Positions 47,427 to 57,749 of a DNA stretch of 64,000 nt are shown in pieces. The stretch comes from Patescibacteria group bacterium. GTDB taxonomy: Bacteria > Patescibacteriota > Minisyncoccia > Phycocordibacterales > UBA1550. A program made the position numbers and the translations under genes. Positions within the stretch are counted from its first letter, which is position 1; each line of letters opens with the position of its first letter. The notes beneath the pieces are model-generated. The model saw only the letters and a list, made by a program, of their open reading frames with translations. It had not been told where the DNA came from and did no database searches. The stretch lies in NCBI GenBank assembly GCA_038062675.1, contig JBBTWP010000004.1, positions 6,751 to 70,750 on the forward strand. The letters run 5' to 3'.

Positions 47427-49346
47427 TTAAACTGAAGCAAGTTTTTGGTTATCTGGTCTTCCTGTGTTGTTATTATAACGTTTTGCTTTGTATTGGTACA
47501 GACGTAATGCGTTTGCGACGGGAATGAAATCCGTGAGAAAGTTGTATGCTGCTGCATCTTTTGGATCAAATACTCCTGCGAACACAAAATAGAGTCCAAG
47601 AATATTGATGACAGCCCATATTGCAAAATTTTGATAAGCGACATTGGTCACGCGCTGTGCAATGTCGCGAAGTTCAAGTAGTTTAGCAAAATCATCGTTC
47701 ATAAGAATGATATCGGCTGAGTTGATGGCAGCGTCGGAGCCTATGCCACCCATTGCTATTCCAACGTCTGCGCGCGTAATGCAGGCAGCGTCGTTGACAC
47801 CGTCGCCGAGCATCGCCACCACTTCTTTTTTGTTGAGGTATGTTTCGAGTATGGAGACTTTGTGCTCTGGAAGAAGATTTGCGTGGTACGCATTGAGCTT
47901 TCCGTGTTCTGCGATAGTCTTCGCGACATGTTCGTTGTCCCCCGTAAGCATGACGATTTTTTTGACACCGCTTTTTCTAAGTGCGGCGATGGTGCGGTCA
48001 ACATCAGGGCGAAGTTTGTCTGAGAGTTCAAATAGTCCGACAATATTTTTTTCAACTGCTATCAATGTCACACTCCTGCTTTTAGAAAGTGCTTCTGTTA
48101 TCGCACTCGCAATTTCAGGGGTTATGGGAATTCCTTGCTCTTCTAAAAATTTCGGCTTTCCCAGTGTTATTTTTTGGTTTTGTTGATTAACTCCAGCAAT
48201 TCCTTGTCCTTCGGTTTCTTGAAATACTCCAGAAGCCTTGCATGACAACCCCTGTTCTGTTGCGTGTCGCGCGATTGCTTTTGATGCGGGATGGGTCGAT
48301 CTGCTACAGATAACGCCAGACAACTCAAGCACTTGAGAAAGGGGGATATTTCCAAAGGATCGAGCATCCTGCACGCTGAGCTGTCCCATTGTTAGTGTTC
48401 CTGTTTTATCGACAATAAGTGTAGAAATTTTTGAGGCACGCTCAAGGAAGTCAGCTCCTTTAATGAGAATGCCACGCTTTGCGGCGGTTCCCATAGCAAC
48501 AATATAAGCAAGGGGAATCGCGATCGCAATGTCATCCGCACACACAACGAGAACAACTGCAAGAACAAGCTTAACATCTCCGGTAACAAGGTAGAGAACC
48601 AGCGACACGACGAGCATAATGCCAATGTACCAGCTTGCAAAACGCTCAGCGAGAGTCTTCATCCTTGTCTTTGCTCCTTGAGAACTTTCAACCAAACTTA
48701 TCATGCGTTCAAATATTGTCTGTGTGCCAATTTTTTCTGTAGAAATAATAATATTTCCCGACACGACAAGAGTGGAGGCAAGAACCATATCATTTTTGGC
48801 GAGGAGGACAGGAACAGATTCTCCGGTGAGTGACGATTGGTCTACTGTAGCGTTCCCTTCTGTTACTCTCCCGTCCACCGGTATTTGTTCCCCGAGGTTT
48901 ACGAGTACTAAATCCCCAAGAGAAAGATCTGCAATCGGAACGGTAATGGTTTGGTTGTTGCGGAGAACATGCGCTACGGAAGGCTTGAGTTTTCTGAGAC
49001 TTTCGAGAGAATTTTGTACGCGACGCTCTGTAATGATTCCAAAAATGCGTGCCAATGAAAGCATGGCGTTGATGAAAAGCACCGACTCCCATTCTTGTGC
49101 GAGAAGTGAGAATACAAGAGCGATGGAAGCAAGGAGGTCGACATTGATTTTCTTATTACGAAGACTTCGAGCGGTGCTCTTAAGTACAGGATAAAGCCCA
49201 ACAAGGGAGATGCCACCAAGAATGAATATGCGGAGCTGTTCAGGGATAGCTCCAAGTAAATATGCAAGAAGTGCTGCAGTAAACAGACAAAGAAGCCCGA
49301 CTTCAAGAGAGAGGAGTTTTTTTGATTCACTCGGTGTGTAGTTCAT
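47427..49346 (-). CDS. P1B-like P-type ATPase lacking an N-terminal metal-binding domain, with CAD in place of the CPC transduction motif
   Basis: TGES, DKTGTLT, STHPASKAI (heavy-metal HP motif) and GDGVNDAA. VCADDIAIAIPLA at the TM6 position. Confidence 0.75.
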   Translation of the reverse strand: MNYTPSESKKLLSLEVGLLCLFTAALLAYLLGAIPEQLRIFILGGISLVGLYPVLKSTARSLRNKKINVDLLASIALVFSLLAQEWESVLFINAMLSLARIFGIITERRVQNSLESLRKLKPSVAHVLRNNQTITVPIADLSLGDLVLVNLGEQIPVDGRVTEGNATVDQSSLTGESVPVLLAKNDMVLASTLVVSGNIIISTEKIGTQTIFERMISLVESSQGAKTRMKTLAERFASWYIGIMLVVSLVLYLVTGDVKLVLAVVLVVCADDIAIAIPLAYIVAMGTAAKRGILIKGADFLERASKISTLIVDKTGTLTMGQLSVQDARSFGNIPLSQVLELSGVICSRSTHPASKAIARHATEQGLSCKASGVFQETEGQGIAGVNQQNQKITLGKPKFLEEQGIPITPEIASAITEALSKSRSVTLIAVEKNIVGLFELSDKLRPDVDRTIAALRKSGVKKIVMLTGDNEHVAKTIAEHGKLNAYHANLLPEHKVSILETYLNKKEVVAMLGDGVNDAACITRADVGIAMGGIGSDAAINSADIILMNDDFAKLLELRDIAQRVTNVAYQNFAIWAVINILGLYFVFAGVFDPKDAAAYNFLTDFIPVANALRLYQYKAKRYNNNTGRPDNQKLASV

Positions 49347-49370
49347 GTGTGGGAGTGTGGTAGTAGAAAA

Positions 49371-50885
49371 TTATTGAGTGAGAGAATTAAGGAAAGAGCG
49401 AGTCTTGGGACCAATGGCGCCGTAGCCGGGTTGTCCAGAACGAACAATATTGTTTTTTGCCTGAAACCGTCCGACTGCACGCTCGGTTGCGGGCCCAAAT
49501 ACTCCACTAATGATTCCTTCGGGATAAATGGTTGAGTCGTTTTTTAGGAACTCTTGAAGAGAGCGAACATCTGTGTGTTTCATTCCTCGTCGAAGATTTA
49601 CGAGAAATTTTTTGCCATAAATTTTTGTTTTTGTTGTGCTATTAGCAATTGGACAAGGTTGCCCGGTGGTAGAGTTGTAACGATTTGCTCCAGCACAACC
49701 GAGAGGAATGGCTACGCTTGTTGTGGTAGTAGTGGTTGTTGGAGTAGTAGTTGTTGTCGTCGACAGAGAAGCCGGTGTCTGAAGTGAAGAAACAGGAGTG
49801 TCTTTTGATGCGATGGACAAGTTGATGGTCTTTGCGCGCGTGCCGTCAAACCCCCCGGCAATCCTTCCTGGAAGAAGAGTGATGCTTTGTTGCTGGTCTG
49901 TATTGCTTTTGTTTGCAAAATAAAGTGTTATGGTTCCGTTTTCGCCAAGGGGGGTGTTGAGGGCGGTAGAGCCACATCTTAGAGTTGTCGTTGCGTTGTT
50001 GATGAGGGTTGTTGTTGTAATGGCATCATTGCATGGTAGCTGCATGTTTGCGTTCAGTGCATTTTCTGTTGCCCAAGTGAATACGATGGGCATGTCTGAT
50101 CCTGCTGTATTCGTCGTTGCAGAGGTCAAGAATGAGGTGAGGGTTGGTTCGGGTACCACATTGCTCCTCACAAGAACTTCGAGTGTTTTTGTGTGAATGC
50201 CATCGTATGCCCCTGCAGACATTGCGGGATAGAGGGTCAGGGTTACTGTTTCGGCTGATGGTGAGCTGTTTGAGAAATAGAGCGTGAGTGCGCCCGAGCC
50301 TGCAAGGTCGGTGGTAAAGATGGGTTTCCCACAAGGGAGATATACTTGTGCGTATGAGGTTGAGCTTGCCTGAATGTTGCTAGAACATGGAAAAGAAAGA
50401 TTTGTGCCATCAATGAGGCTTGAGCTCCAAGCGATGGGGTAAGCAACAAAGGAGGCAGTGCTGGTTGCTCCAGTGAATGTGGCGATTGGTTCTGGTGCTG
50501 TTGCTACTGAAATAGAGAGGTCTTGACGCCCAAGGTCGTAGTCGGTCCCTGTTGCATCTTTGGGGATAGCACGCATGGTAACGGTTTTTGTAATGCCGGA
50601 AATATTGTAGATGAGCAAATCAATCCCACCGAGAGCAGTTGCTGTCGAAGAAATCTTCGTGTTGCATTCAAAGGCGGTGCCGTCAGTCCGTTTTAGCTTA
50701 ATTCCCTGTACACAAGGAATTAAGAATGAATATCCTCCCGCGTCTGCCATGCGCCACGAGAATGACGCGATTCCTCCTGAAGTCATTCCGGTTGTGGATT
50801 GGATAAATGATTCAACAGATGGGTTTGCTGCGGATACGGCGAATGGAAGCGCTAATAGTGCTCCGACGATAATTTTTAATATCAT
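49371..50885 (-). CDS. Secreted protein with a Thr-rich linker and a C-terminal peptidoglycan-binding (PG_binding_1-like) domain
   Basis: Signal peptide ...AVSA|AN. TTTTTPTTTTTTT linker. C-terminal LQEFLKNDSTIYPEGIISGVFGPATERAVGRFQ. Confidence 0.55.
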   Translation of the reverse strand: MILKIIVGALLALPFAVSAANPSVESFIQSTTGMTSGGIASFSWRMADAGGYSFLIPCVQGIKLKRTDGTAFECNTKISSTATALGGIDLLIYNISGITKTVTMRAIPKDATGTDYDLGRQDLSISVATAPEPIATFTGATSTASFVAYPIAWSSSLIDGTNLSFPCSSNIQASSTSYAQVYLPCGKPIFTTDLAGSGALTLYFSNSSPSAETVTLTLYPAMSAGAYDGIHTKTLEVLVRSNVVPEPTLTSFLTSATTNTAGSDMPIVFTWATENALNANMQLPCNDAITTTTLINNATTTLRCGSTALNTPLGENGTITLYFANKSNTDQQQSITLLPGRIAGGFDGTRAKTINLSIASKDTPVSSLQTPASLSTTTTTTPTTTTTTTSVAIPLGCAGANRYNSTTGQPCPIANSTTKTKIYGKKFLVNLRRGMKHTDVRSLQEFLKNDSTIYPEGIISGVFGPATERAVGRFQAKNNIVRSGQPGYGAIGPKTRSFLNSLTQ

Positions 50886-50949
50886 GATGTAATTTGTTAT
50901 ACTGAAAGATTCCTTATTAGTATAACAAATTCACTGGATTCAGGTAATA

Positions 50950-52530
50950 TCACTTCTCTACTGTAAATCCAAACATCATGCCCGCTTCGAGGTGCTCGGC
51001 AATGTGGCAGTGAGCCATCCATTCGCCGGGGTTGGAAATATCGAGGAGAATGTCGGCGTATTCACCAGCAGGTACAAGCACGGTGTCTTTCCAAACAAGA
51101 TTTTTTTGTGCCGTTCCATTTTTGTCGAGTACCAAAAACCGTTGTCCGTGGAAGTGAATAGGGTGTTGCATTGGGTGCATGGATTTTGGGTCATTGAAGA
51201 TGCGAATTTTTACTTTGTCGCCAACCTTGAATTTCCAGTCGATGTCCATGTTGGCCTTGCCCGTTCCTTGATCAAGAATAGCCCATGAGATTTGATCACT
51301 ATTTTGATCGCTCATCATTTCCCCGTCATCTTCCCATTCAATGCCGCCTTTTGGTGCGGACATCATCATGTTTCCACCCATCATTGAGCCGTCAGGCATC
51401 ATATGTCCACCACTCATGTTTCCCGCTGCACCACCCATCATGCTGACCGAAAGTGAAATTTGTTTGTCGAGAGCTTTTGTGAAGAATGCACGGAATGGGT
51501 CGATGCTTTTAATAGTCTCGAGATTTGAATGCAGGGTATTAAAATTGAAGACGGGTTTGCGCAGGCGTTTTGATTCCGTAACCATTATTTTCCCGAGCGT
51601 TGTTGTCTGGTCAGGCGTTTTGTTTTGAAGAAGGATGTCGCCTTTTTTGTTGAACAATACTTCAACAATAGCACGCTCAGAAGGACCAAGGGTGACGGTA
51701 TCAACCCACTCTTCTTTTTCGTATGCACCATTATCACCTCCAACAAGCTTCATTTTCGTGCCCTCAAACGCCAGACGAAACGGACGTACATTTGCAGAGT
51801 TGGTAAATGAAAAACGTACCACGTCGCCCTGCTCAACGCTCTGTGTATAATTTGTTTCTCCGTTGACAAGCATGGTGTTACCGAAACGTCCCATGAGTGC
51901 GTAGTCGGCATTTTTTGTGTAAAAAGGTGTGATTTTTCCGTCTTCGACTAGAATGTCATCAACAAACAAAGGAACTTCGCGGTCGACAGTATTCCAGTAC
52001 GTGGGGTTTTTTGGTGTTACTAAAAAGTTGCCGTAGAGTCCGAGTTCTTGTGCGTAATCCTCGCGGACATGAGGGTGATACCAGTAGGTGCCGGCATCGG
52101 GGAACGTAAGTTTGTAGGTAAATGAATCCCCGACAAGGATTGGGTCTTGTGTTACGTGTGGAACTCCATCAAATGCATTTTCGAGGCGAAGTCCGTGTGA
52201 GTGGACGGTGGTCTCCACATCGGTTTCATTTTTGAAATTTACGGTGATGGTTGCGCCTTGGGGAACCTTGAGGGTTGGTCCGGGGATAGAGCCGTTATAT
52301 GCGAGCATTTTTACATCATTGCCATTGATATTTTTTTTAACCCGGCTTGCGGTGAGCTCAAATGTGTCACCGTCTTTTAGCTCGACAACGGAAGAGGGTT
52401 GTAGAGCGGCAAGTCCACGCGTACTTCCAGAAAATTGTCCTGAAGGAGACCCGCTTTGTTTTGTTGCTACGATTGCAAAAATAAAAGCAAGAAGGAACCC
52501 TGCAATGATGATATTTTTTTTGTATTTCAT
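50950..52530 (-). CDS. Multicopper oxidase (CueO/laccase-like) with a Met-rich insert
   Basis: Copper-ligand motifs HSHG, WYHPH, HPIHFHG and HCHIAEHLEAGMM. Met-rich MMGGAAGNMSGGHMMPDGSMMGGNMMM. N-terminal signal anchor. Confidence 0.85.
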   Translation of the reverse strand: MKYKKNIIIAGFLLAFIFAIVATKQSGSPSGQFSGSTRGLAALQPSSVVELKDGDTFELTASRVKKNINGNDVKMLAYNGSIPGPTLKVPQGATITVNFKNETDVETTVHSHGLRLENAFDGVPHVTQDPILVGDSFTYKLTFPDAGTYWYHPHVREDYAQELGLYGNFLVTPKNPTYWNTVDREVPLFVDDILVEDGKITPFYTKNADYALMGRFGNTMLVNGETNYTQSVEQGDVVRFSFTNSANVRPFRLAFEGTKMKLVGGDNGAYEKEEWVDTVTLGPSERAIVEVLFNKKGDILLQNKTPDQTTTLGKIMVTESKRLRKPVFNFNTLHSNLETIKSIDPFRAFFTKALDKQISLSVSMMGGAAGNMSGGHMMPDGSMMGGNMMMSAPKGGIEWEDDGEMMSDQNSDQISWAILDQGTGKANMDIDWKFKVGDKVKIRIFNDPKSMHPMQHPIHFHGQRFLVLDKNGTAQKNLVWKDTVLVPAGEYADILLDISNPGEWMAHCHIAEHLEAGMMFGFTVEK

Positions 52531-52589
52531 ATTTTCTGATGTTATTGGCGCATTATACCATGGGATACGATTTCTGGGGTTCAAACTGG

Positions 52590-54728
52590 CTATAGCTTTT
52601 TTCTGCGGAGAAGCAGGGCATTGGCGGCGACAATAACTGTACTTGCCGACATGAGCACCGCTCCAACTGCCGGTTCTAAAATAATGCCCCATGCGTAGAG
52701 TGCCCCTGCAGCGAGCGGTAATGCGACAATATTGTACCCTGTCGCCCAAAAAAGATTTTGAATCATTTTTGTGTAGGTCATTTGAGACAGTTTGATTATT
52801 TTTACAATATCTCGAGGGTCGTTTCGAACGAGAATTATGCCAGCTGATTCAATGGCAATATTTGTACCGGCGCCAATAGCGATACCAAGATCAGCTTGCG
52901 ATAGAGCTGGTGCGTCGTTGACTCCATCTCCAACCATTGCGACTTTTTGTCCACGACTTTGCAGTTCTTTTACTTTTGCTGATTTCTGTTCAGGGAGTAC
53001 GCGTGCAAAGTATTCATCGATGCCAAGTTCAGTGCTTACCCACTGCGCGACATCCTCAGAGTCGCCCGTGATCATTGCGGAGCGGATACCGATTTTTTTT
53101 AGTGCCAAGATTGCTTCCTGCGACTCTTTTCGGATGATGTCGGCAAGAGCAATTGCGCCGAGTAGTTCGCGAGCTTTTATTGTAAAAATAACTGTCTGCC
53201 CCTTTTTTCCTGCATCGGTTATCTGTTGGATGAGCTCATTGGGAATGCTGATACCCATGTCTTCAAGAAGTGTTGCTCCGCCAACCTGAATTTCTTCTTC
53301 CTTAATAAAAGCTTTTACCCCCTTACCCTTCATTGCTTCAAATTTTCTTGGTTCCGTTAGTGTAAGTCCTTGCTCTTTTGCTTTGGCGACGATTGCCTTT
53401 GCAATCGGATGCTCCGAGAGTGCGTCGAGGGATGCTGCAAGTCGCAAAACTTCTTCCTCTGTGTTGTTTTTTGTGCTCCATACATTTACCACACCAAATG
53501 CTCCGGTGGTTAATGTTCCCGTTTTATCAAAGAGCACCACATCGATGCTTCGCGCCACTTCGAGTGCAATTCGTTTTTTTATAAGGAAACCGTTTTGGGC
53601 CGCTTTGGTTGTGGAAATAGAAGCAACAAGAGGCACAGCAAGACCTAACGCGTGAGGACATGCGATGACGAGCACCGCCACAAGTCGAGCGACAGCAAAG
53701 CTAGCCTCTGCCCCTACAAAAAGCCACAAGGTGAGGGTTGCGATTCCTCCCGTCACGGCAACGATAGTCAAGTAAAGTGCAGCTCTGTCTGAGAGTATTT
53801 GAAGTCTTGATTTGGACGACTGTGCTTCTTCGACGAGTCGCATAATGCCGGCAAGAAAAGTTTTTTCTCCAATATGAGAGACGTTGACCTTGAGCGCACC
53901 ATCACCGTTGATTGTCCCCGCAATGACCATGCTCCCCACTATTTTTGAAATAGGTTTTGATTCCCCTGTAACCATTGATTCGTTGATGTCAGATTCCCCG
54001 TCAATGATTATGCCATCTGCAGGTATTCTTGTTCCCGGTCGTACAAAGACGGTGTCGTTTTCTTGGAGTAGTGTAAGTGCTATAGTTTCCGTTTTGCCTT
54101 CTCGAATAACTTCGGCAGTATCAGGGAGCAATTTTGAAAGTTCTTTGAGTGCTCCCTGTGCTCCCGTGACCGCACGCATTTCAATCCAGTGCCCGAGCAA
54201 CATGATGGTGATGAGTGTTGTCAATTCCCAAAAAAGTGTTTCTTCGTCTGCGAACACGGCATACACGCTCCAGAGGTACGCCGCTATTGTTGCCATTGCA
54301 ATTAGCGTCATCATGCCCGGAAGACGCGCTTGTAGTTCTTTTTGCGCTCCAGCGAGGAATACAAAACCACCGTAGAAAAATACAATCGTCCCTAATATTA
54401 GTGGTAGGTATTCGGAACCAGAGAAGCTTGGAGGCGACCACTGAAAAATCATTTTAATAACATCAGCATACAAGACGACCGGAATCGTGAGAATTAAACT
54501 TATCCAAAATTTTCTTAAAAACGTTGTAGTATTGTGTCCGGCATGCTTACCGTGTTCACGGTGGATAGGTTCTTGTGTTCTTGTTGTTGGTACAAGTTGC
54601 ATTCCGCATTCAGGGCACATGCCGGGGCTCGTGCGCAACACTCCAGAATGCATGGGGCATGTATAAGAGGGGCTAGGGGAGTTTGGTGATACTGCTCCGT
54701 GTTCAGTGAAGTGTTTCATATGATTCAA
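52590..54728 (-). CDS. copA: Copper-translocating P1B-type ATPase
   Basis: N-terminal CPMHSGV...CPECGM metal-binding motif. CPH in TM6, DKTGTLT, SEHPIAKAI and GDGVNDAPAL. Confidence 0.9.
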   Translation of the reverse strand: MNHMKHFTEHGAVSPNSPSPSYTCPMHSGVLRTSPGMCPECGMQLVPTTRTQEPIHREHGKHAGHNTTTFLRKFWISLILTIPVVLYADVIKMIFQWSPPSFSGSEYLPLILGTIVFFYGGFVFLAGAQKELQARLPGMMTLIAMATIAAYLWSVYAVFADEETLFWELTTLITIMLLGHWIEMRAVTGAQGALKELSKLLPDTAEVIREGKTETIALTLLQENDTVFVRPGTRIPADGIIIDGESDINESMVTGESKPISKIVGSMVIAGTINGDGALKVNVSHIGEKTFLAGIMRLVEEAQSSKSRLQILSDRAALYLTIVAVTGGIATLTLWLFVGAEASFAVARLVAVLVIACPHALGLAVPLVASISTTKAAQNGFLIKKRIALEVARSIDVVLFDKTGTLTTGAFGVVNVWSTKNNTEEEVLRLAASLDALSEHPIAKAIVAKAKEQGLTLTEPRKFEAMKGKGVKAFIKEEEIQVGGATLLEDMGISIPNELIQQITDAGKKGQTVIFTIKARELLGAIALADIIRKESQEAILALKKIGIRSAMITGDSEDVAQWVSTELGIDEYFARVLPEQKSAKVKELQSRGQKVAMVGDGVNDAPALSQADLGIAIGAGTNIAIESAGIILVRNDPRDIVKIIKLSQMTYTKMIQNLFWATGYNIVALPLAAGALYAWGIILEPAVGAVLMSASTVIVAANALLLRRKKL

Positions 54729-54735
54729 TTATACA

Positions 54736-56016
54736 TCACTTTTGCTCATTTTTTGCGGCGGCATTACCTGCAACAAATCCAGTGGTCCAACAAATCTGGA
54801 GACTAAAACCTCCTGACGGGCGGTCAAAATCGAGGACATCCCCTGCAAGGTAAAGATTTTCAACGATATGTGAACGCATGGTTTTAAAATCAATTTCTGT
54901 AAGCGCTACGCCTCCGCTTGAAACAATAGCTTTTTCGGGACCAAGAAGTCCGGTGGGAGTAATGGTGAGAGATTTTAGAATCTCTACGAATGCAAGTCGG
55001 GCCGTGCGGGGAATTTCGTTTACGAAAAGCTCTGGATTGATTTTCGACATTTCTGCCAGAATCGGCGCGAATCGTGCGGGAACAAAACCGGAAAGCGCGT
55101 TCTTCCATTTTTTATTTTGTACGATAGCAAAGTGCTCAAGGAGTTTTGAGTCGAGATTTGCACGGTCGAGTGCGGGGAAGAGGTCAAATTCGAGCGTGAC
55201 AGAGCTTTCTTTCATTGCTTCGCCAATCAAGCGGCTCATGTTGAGAACAAGTGGTCCCGAGATGCCAAAATGCGTAAAAAGCATTTTTCCTGTTTGTGTT
55301 TCGGTACGGATGCCGTTTTCAAGAATGGTAATTTTTACATTGGGTAAAGCGACACCTTTGAGAGTGTGCACCCAAGATTCAGATATTTTTACGGGAACAA
55401 GAGCGGGGTCGGGGGTGACGATAGTGTGCCCTAGTTTTTTGAGCCATGAAAATCCGTCTCCGGTCGAGCCGGTTTCAGGGCGCGAGGTTCCTCCAGTGGT
55501 TATAATAAAAGATCGTGCCTGGATAATCCCTCTTGGCGTTTCTGCTCCGGTGATAGCCTCGTTCTTGAGAATTAATTTTGTGACGGGTGCATTCAAAAAA
55601 GTTTGAATATTATGTTTCTTTAGGTCATGTACGAGTACATCCCAAACGCTTTGTGCTGATCCGCTTTTGGGGAACATGCGCCCTTCTGCCTCAAGCATGG
55701 TTGGCATACCGCGAGACTCAAAAAAATCGACTGTATTTTGTGTATCGAATTGCGCAAGAGGGGAGAGAAGAAACTTCCCTTTTTCCCCGTATTTTTTTGC
55801 AAGTACGCGATGGTTGAATGTAGCATTGGTTACATTGCAACGGCCCCCGCCAGTGATGAGGAGTTTTTTGCCAAGCTTGTCGTTTTTCTCGATAAGTACG
55901 ACGTGCCGACCGAGCTCGGCCGCACGGATAGCCGCCATCATTCCTGCGGGGCCGCCACCAATGATGGCAATGTCATACATAATGTCTTTTGTTGTCGGGG
56001 ATGATTTCATATCCAT
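54736..56016 (-). CDS. HI0933/YhiN-family NAD(P)/FAD-dependent oxidoreductase (BaiN-like flavoprotein)
   Basis: YDIAIIGGGPAGMMAA and ITGGGRCNVTN motifs. C-terminal family signature. Confidence 0.85.
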   Translation of the reverse strand: MDMKSSPTTKDIMYDIAIIGGGPAGMMAAIRAAELGRHVVLIEKNDKLGKKLLITGGGRCNVTNATFNHRVLAKKYGEKGKFLLSPLAQFDTQNTVDFFESRGMPTMLEAEGRMFPKSGSAQSVWDVLVHDLKKHNIQTFLNAPVTKLILKNEAITGAETPRGIIQARSFIITTGGTSRPETGSTGDGFSWLKKLGHTIVTPDPALVPVKISESWVHTLKGVALPNVKITILENGIRTETQTGKMLFTHFGISGPLVLNMSRLIGEAMKESSVTLEFDLFPALDRANLDSKLLEHFAIVQNKKWKNALSGFVPARFAPILAEMSKINPELFVNEIPRTARLAFVEILKSLTITPTGLLGPEKAIVSSGGVALTEIDFKTMRSHIVENLYLAGDVLDFDRPSGGFSLQICWTTGFVAGNAAAKNEQK

Positions 56017-56072
56017 ATTTTACTTCATGTTCGAGATTTACTATAATGCTCCAGTCGACGAAACTTCAGTCT

Positions 56073-56486
56073 ATGCCCATTCCTATTTTATACAATGCTT
56101 CTTTGGTAGTTAAACGTTCAAGTGCGGGCTTGGGGCTTTTTGCGGGTGCCAAAATAAAACGTGGCGCATATCCTATTGAATATATTGGTACAGTTGTCCG
56201 AGGAAAGGCAGTAAATGATATTGCGAATAAATACCTCTTTGAAACAAGTCGATATCGCATGATTGATGGAAGCTCCCGAAAGAACATTGCACGGTACATC
56301 AACCATTCTTGTAAGCCGAATTGCGAGATTGATATTATTGGCGGACGCGTGTTTGTGCATACGCTTCGCAGTATCAAGGAAGGGGAAGAGCTCACGTATG
56401 ATTATGGGGATGAATATATTGATGAATATATTAAGCCCTATGGCTGTCGTTGTGCACCGTGTGGCATGAAAGGGAAGAATCGCTAA
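56073..56486 (+). CDS. SET-domain protein-lysine methyltransferase-like protein
   Basis: RYINHSCKPNC (NHSC motif), ELTYDY and post-SET Cys cluster CRCAPCG. The longer ORF from 55989 overlaps the divergent oxidoreductase start. Confidence 0.75.
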   Translation: MPIPILYNASLVVKRSSAGLGLFAGAKIKRGAYPIEYIGTVVRGKAVNDIANKYLFETSRYRMIDGSSRKNIARYINHSCKPNCEIDIIGGRVFVHTLRSIKEGEELTYDYGDEYIDEYIKPYGCRCAPCGMKGKNR

Positions 56487-56514
56487 CACCCTTTATTCGA
56501 GGTTTTAAAAAAAT

Positions 56515-56542
56515 TGTCCCGCACGCGAAGCGTGCGGGACAA
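56515..56542. terminator. Hairpin terminator, T-run on the minus-strand side
   Basis: TTGTCCCGCACGC-GAA-GCGTGCGGGACAA. Confidence 0.55.
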
Positions 56543-56574
56543 TGGTACAAAAAAAGATTTGCTTGGGCTTTAAG

Positions 56575-56841
56575 CTATCCCGTTAAATCGTATGCATGAA
56601 GCAAATCGGTACGCGGACAAACGCAATTTCGGCCATCATGACGCACGTTGATGCCTTTTCGCGTATGCCGTGAAAATTTTTTCAAACGCACAAGGTGCAT
56701 TTGTGTGCCAATGGTATAAATGTTCACTGTCGGAAGCCTCGGCTCTGCACAATTTTCGCACGTTTTAAAATCTGCATCTTGAACGTGTCCACAATGGGGA
56801 CACTCAGCCATCTTGCTTTTTTGTTTGCGAACTTCACTCAT
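56575..56841 (-). CDS. Small zinc-ribbon protein (88 aa)
   Basis: AAGGAGGGAG Shine-Dalgarno 5 nt upstream of the ATG. CPHCGH...CENC plus a further C-x-C. Confidence 0.45.
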   Translation of the reverse strand: MSEVRKQKSKMAECPHCGHVQDADFKTCENCAEPRLPTVNIYTIGTQMHLVRLKKFSRHTRKGINVRHDGRNCVCPRTDLLHAYDLTG

Positions 56842-56964
56842 CTGCACTCCCTCCTTGCTAGTTGCTCACGGTTGTACAAAATTGTCTTTTCTCAGTATGC
56901 ATAATCATAAAAGTAAAGTCAAGGAAACAAAAAGCCCGTCAGAAAAAATGACGGGCGAGGGGTG

Positions 56965-57573
56965 TTAATGGGATGAAAAAACTCTGGTTTGAGGATCCGC
57001 GGTAATCGCTTCTTCGGTTGTGGGAATTTCTCGAAGTCCTTCATAATGAAGCCACTGAGCCCAAGAAGGGGCAATTTTTTCGGCAATGCGCAATATGAAG
57101 GCAAGGTCTCGCTCGTCGTGAGGGATACCAGCTCGTTCAAGAGCAAACGACATTCGTTCCGCGGGATGTTTAAATGCGGCACTTTTCATCGCCGAATCAA
57201 TAACCCTCACAAGACCTCGTTCCCCTTCAAAAATCTCAACAAAATCTTCCTTACTAAGAGTGAGAGGCGTCCTTCTTCCCCAGCCCTCCTCGTTTTTTTC
57301 TTGAAGAGATTTCATATCGCGTTGGCCAATGAACGTAATTTGATCCAAACACCATTCAGGGATATCCCCATCACAGTTGACCAAACTTTGTCTTTTAGAA
57401 TCCCAGCGATGTGGATTGCCAGAGACTGGAGTGTTGCCTAACTGAGGGTCAGTCCTTGTTAAGAAAAGATCATCTCCTTTTCGACTTTCGATAATCATTC
57501 TGCCTTGGATTGCGAGAGAGTCTCCCGGGATGGCATTTGCAATAAACTCATCAACGCTGCTCTGGGTGCTCAT
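56965..57573 (-). CDS. Hypothetical protein (202 aa)
   Basis: AGGAGG Shine-Dalgarno upstream of an internal ATG. No recognisable motif. Confidence 0.45.
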   Translation of the reverse strand: MSTQSSVDEFIANAIPGDSLAIQGRMIIESRKGDDLFLTRTDPQLGNTPVSGNPHRWDSKRQSLVNCDGDIPEWCLDQITFIGQRDMKSLQEKNEEGWGRRTPLTLSKEDFVEIFEGERGLVRVIDSAMKSAAFKHPAERMSFALERAGIPHDERDLAFILRIAEKIAPSWAQWLHYEGLREIPTTEEAITADPQTRVFSSH

Positions 57574-57749
57574 GGAGAAACCTCCTATGCTAATATAATA
57601 AAAAGGACTGCCACTACTACCTCTATTTCCTTTATACCTTATTCTCGGCAAATTTCCTAGTGTTCAAAAAATACGCTGCTGGGGATAATACAAAAAGCGC
57701 GTGAAGGGGATAGAATCTCCTCTTCACGCGCTTGTTACTTCGCTACTTT

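Noticed and set aside
47644-48186. Plus-strand 180-aa ORF
   Set aside because: It is antisense within the P1B-like ATPase gene.
54878-55606. Plus-strand 242-aa ORF
   Set aside because: It is antisense within the HI0933-family oxidoreductase gene. Low-complexity Ser/Arg-rich translation typical of a shadow ORF.
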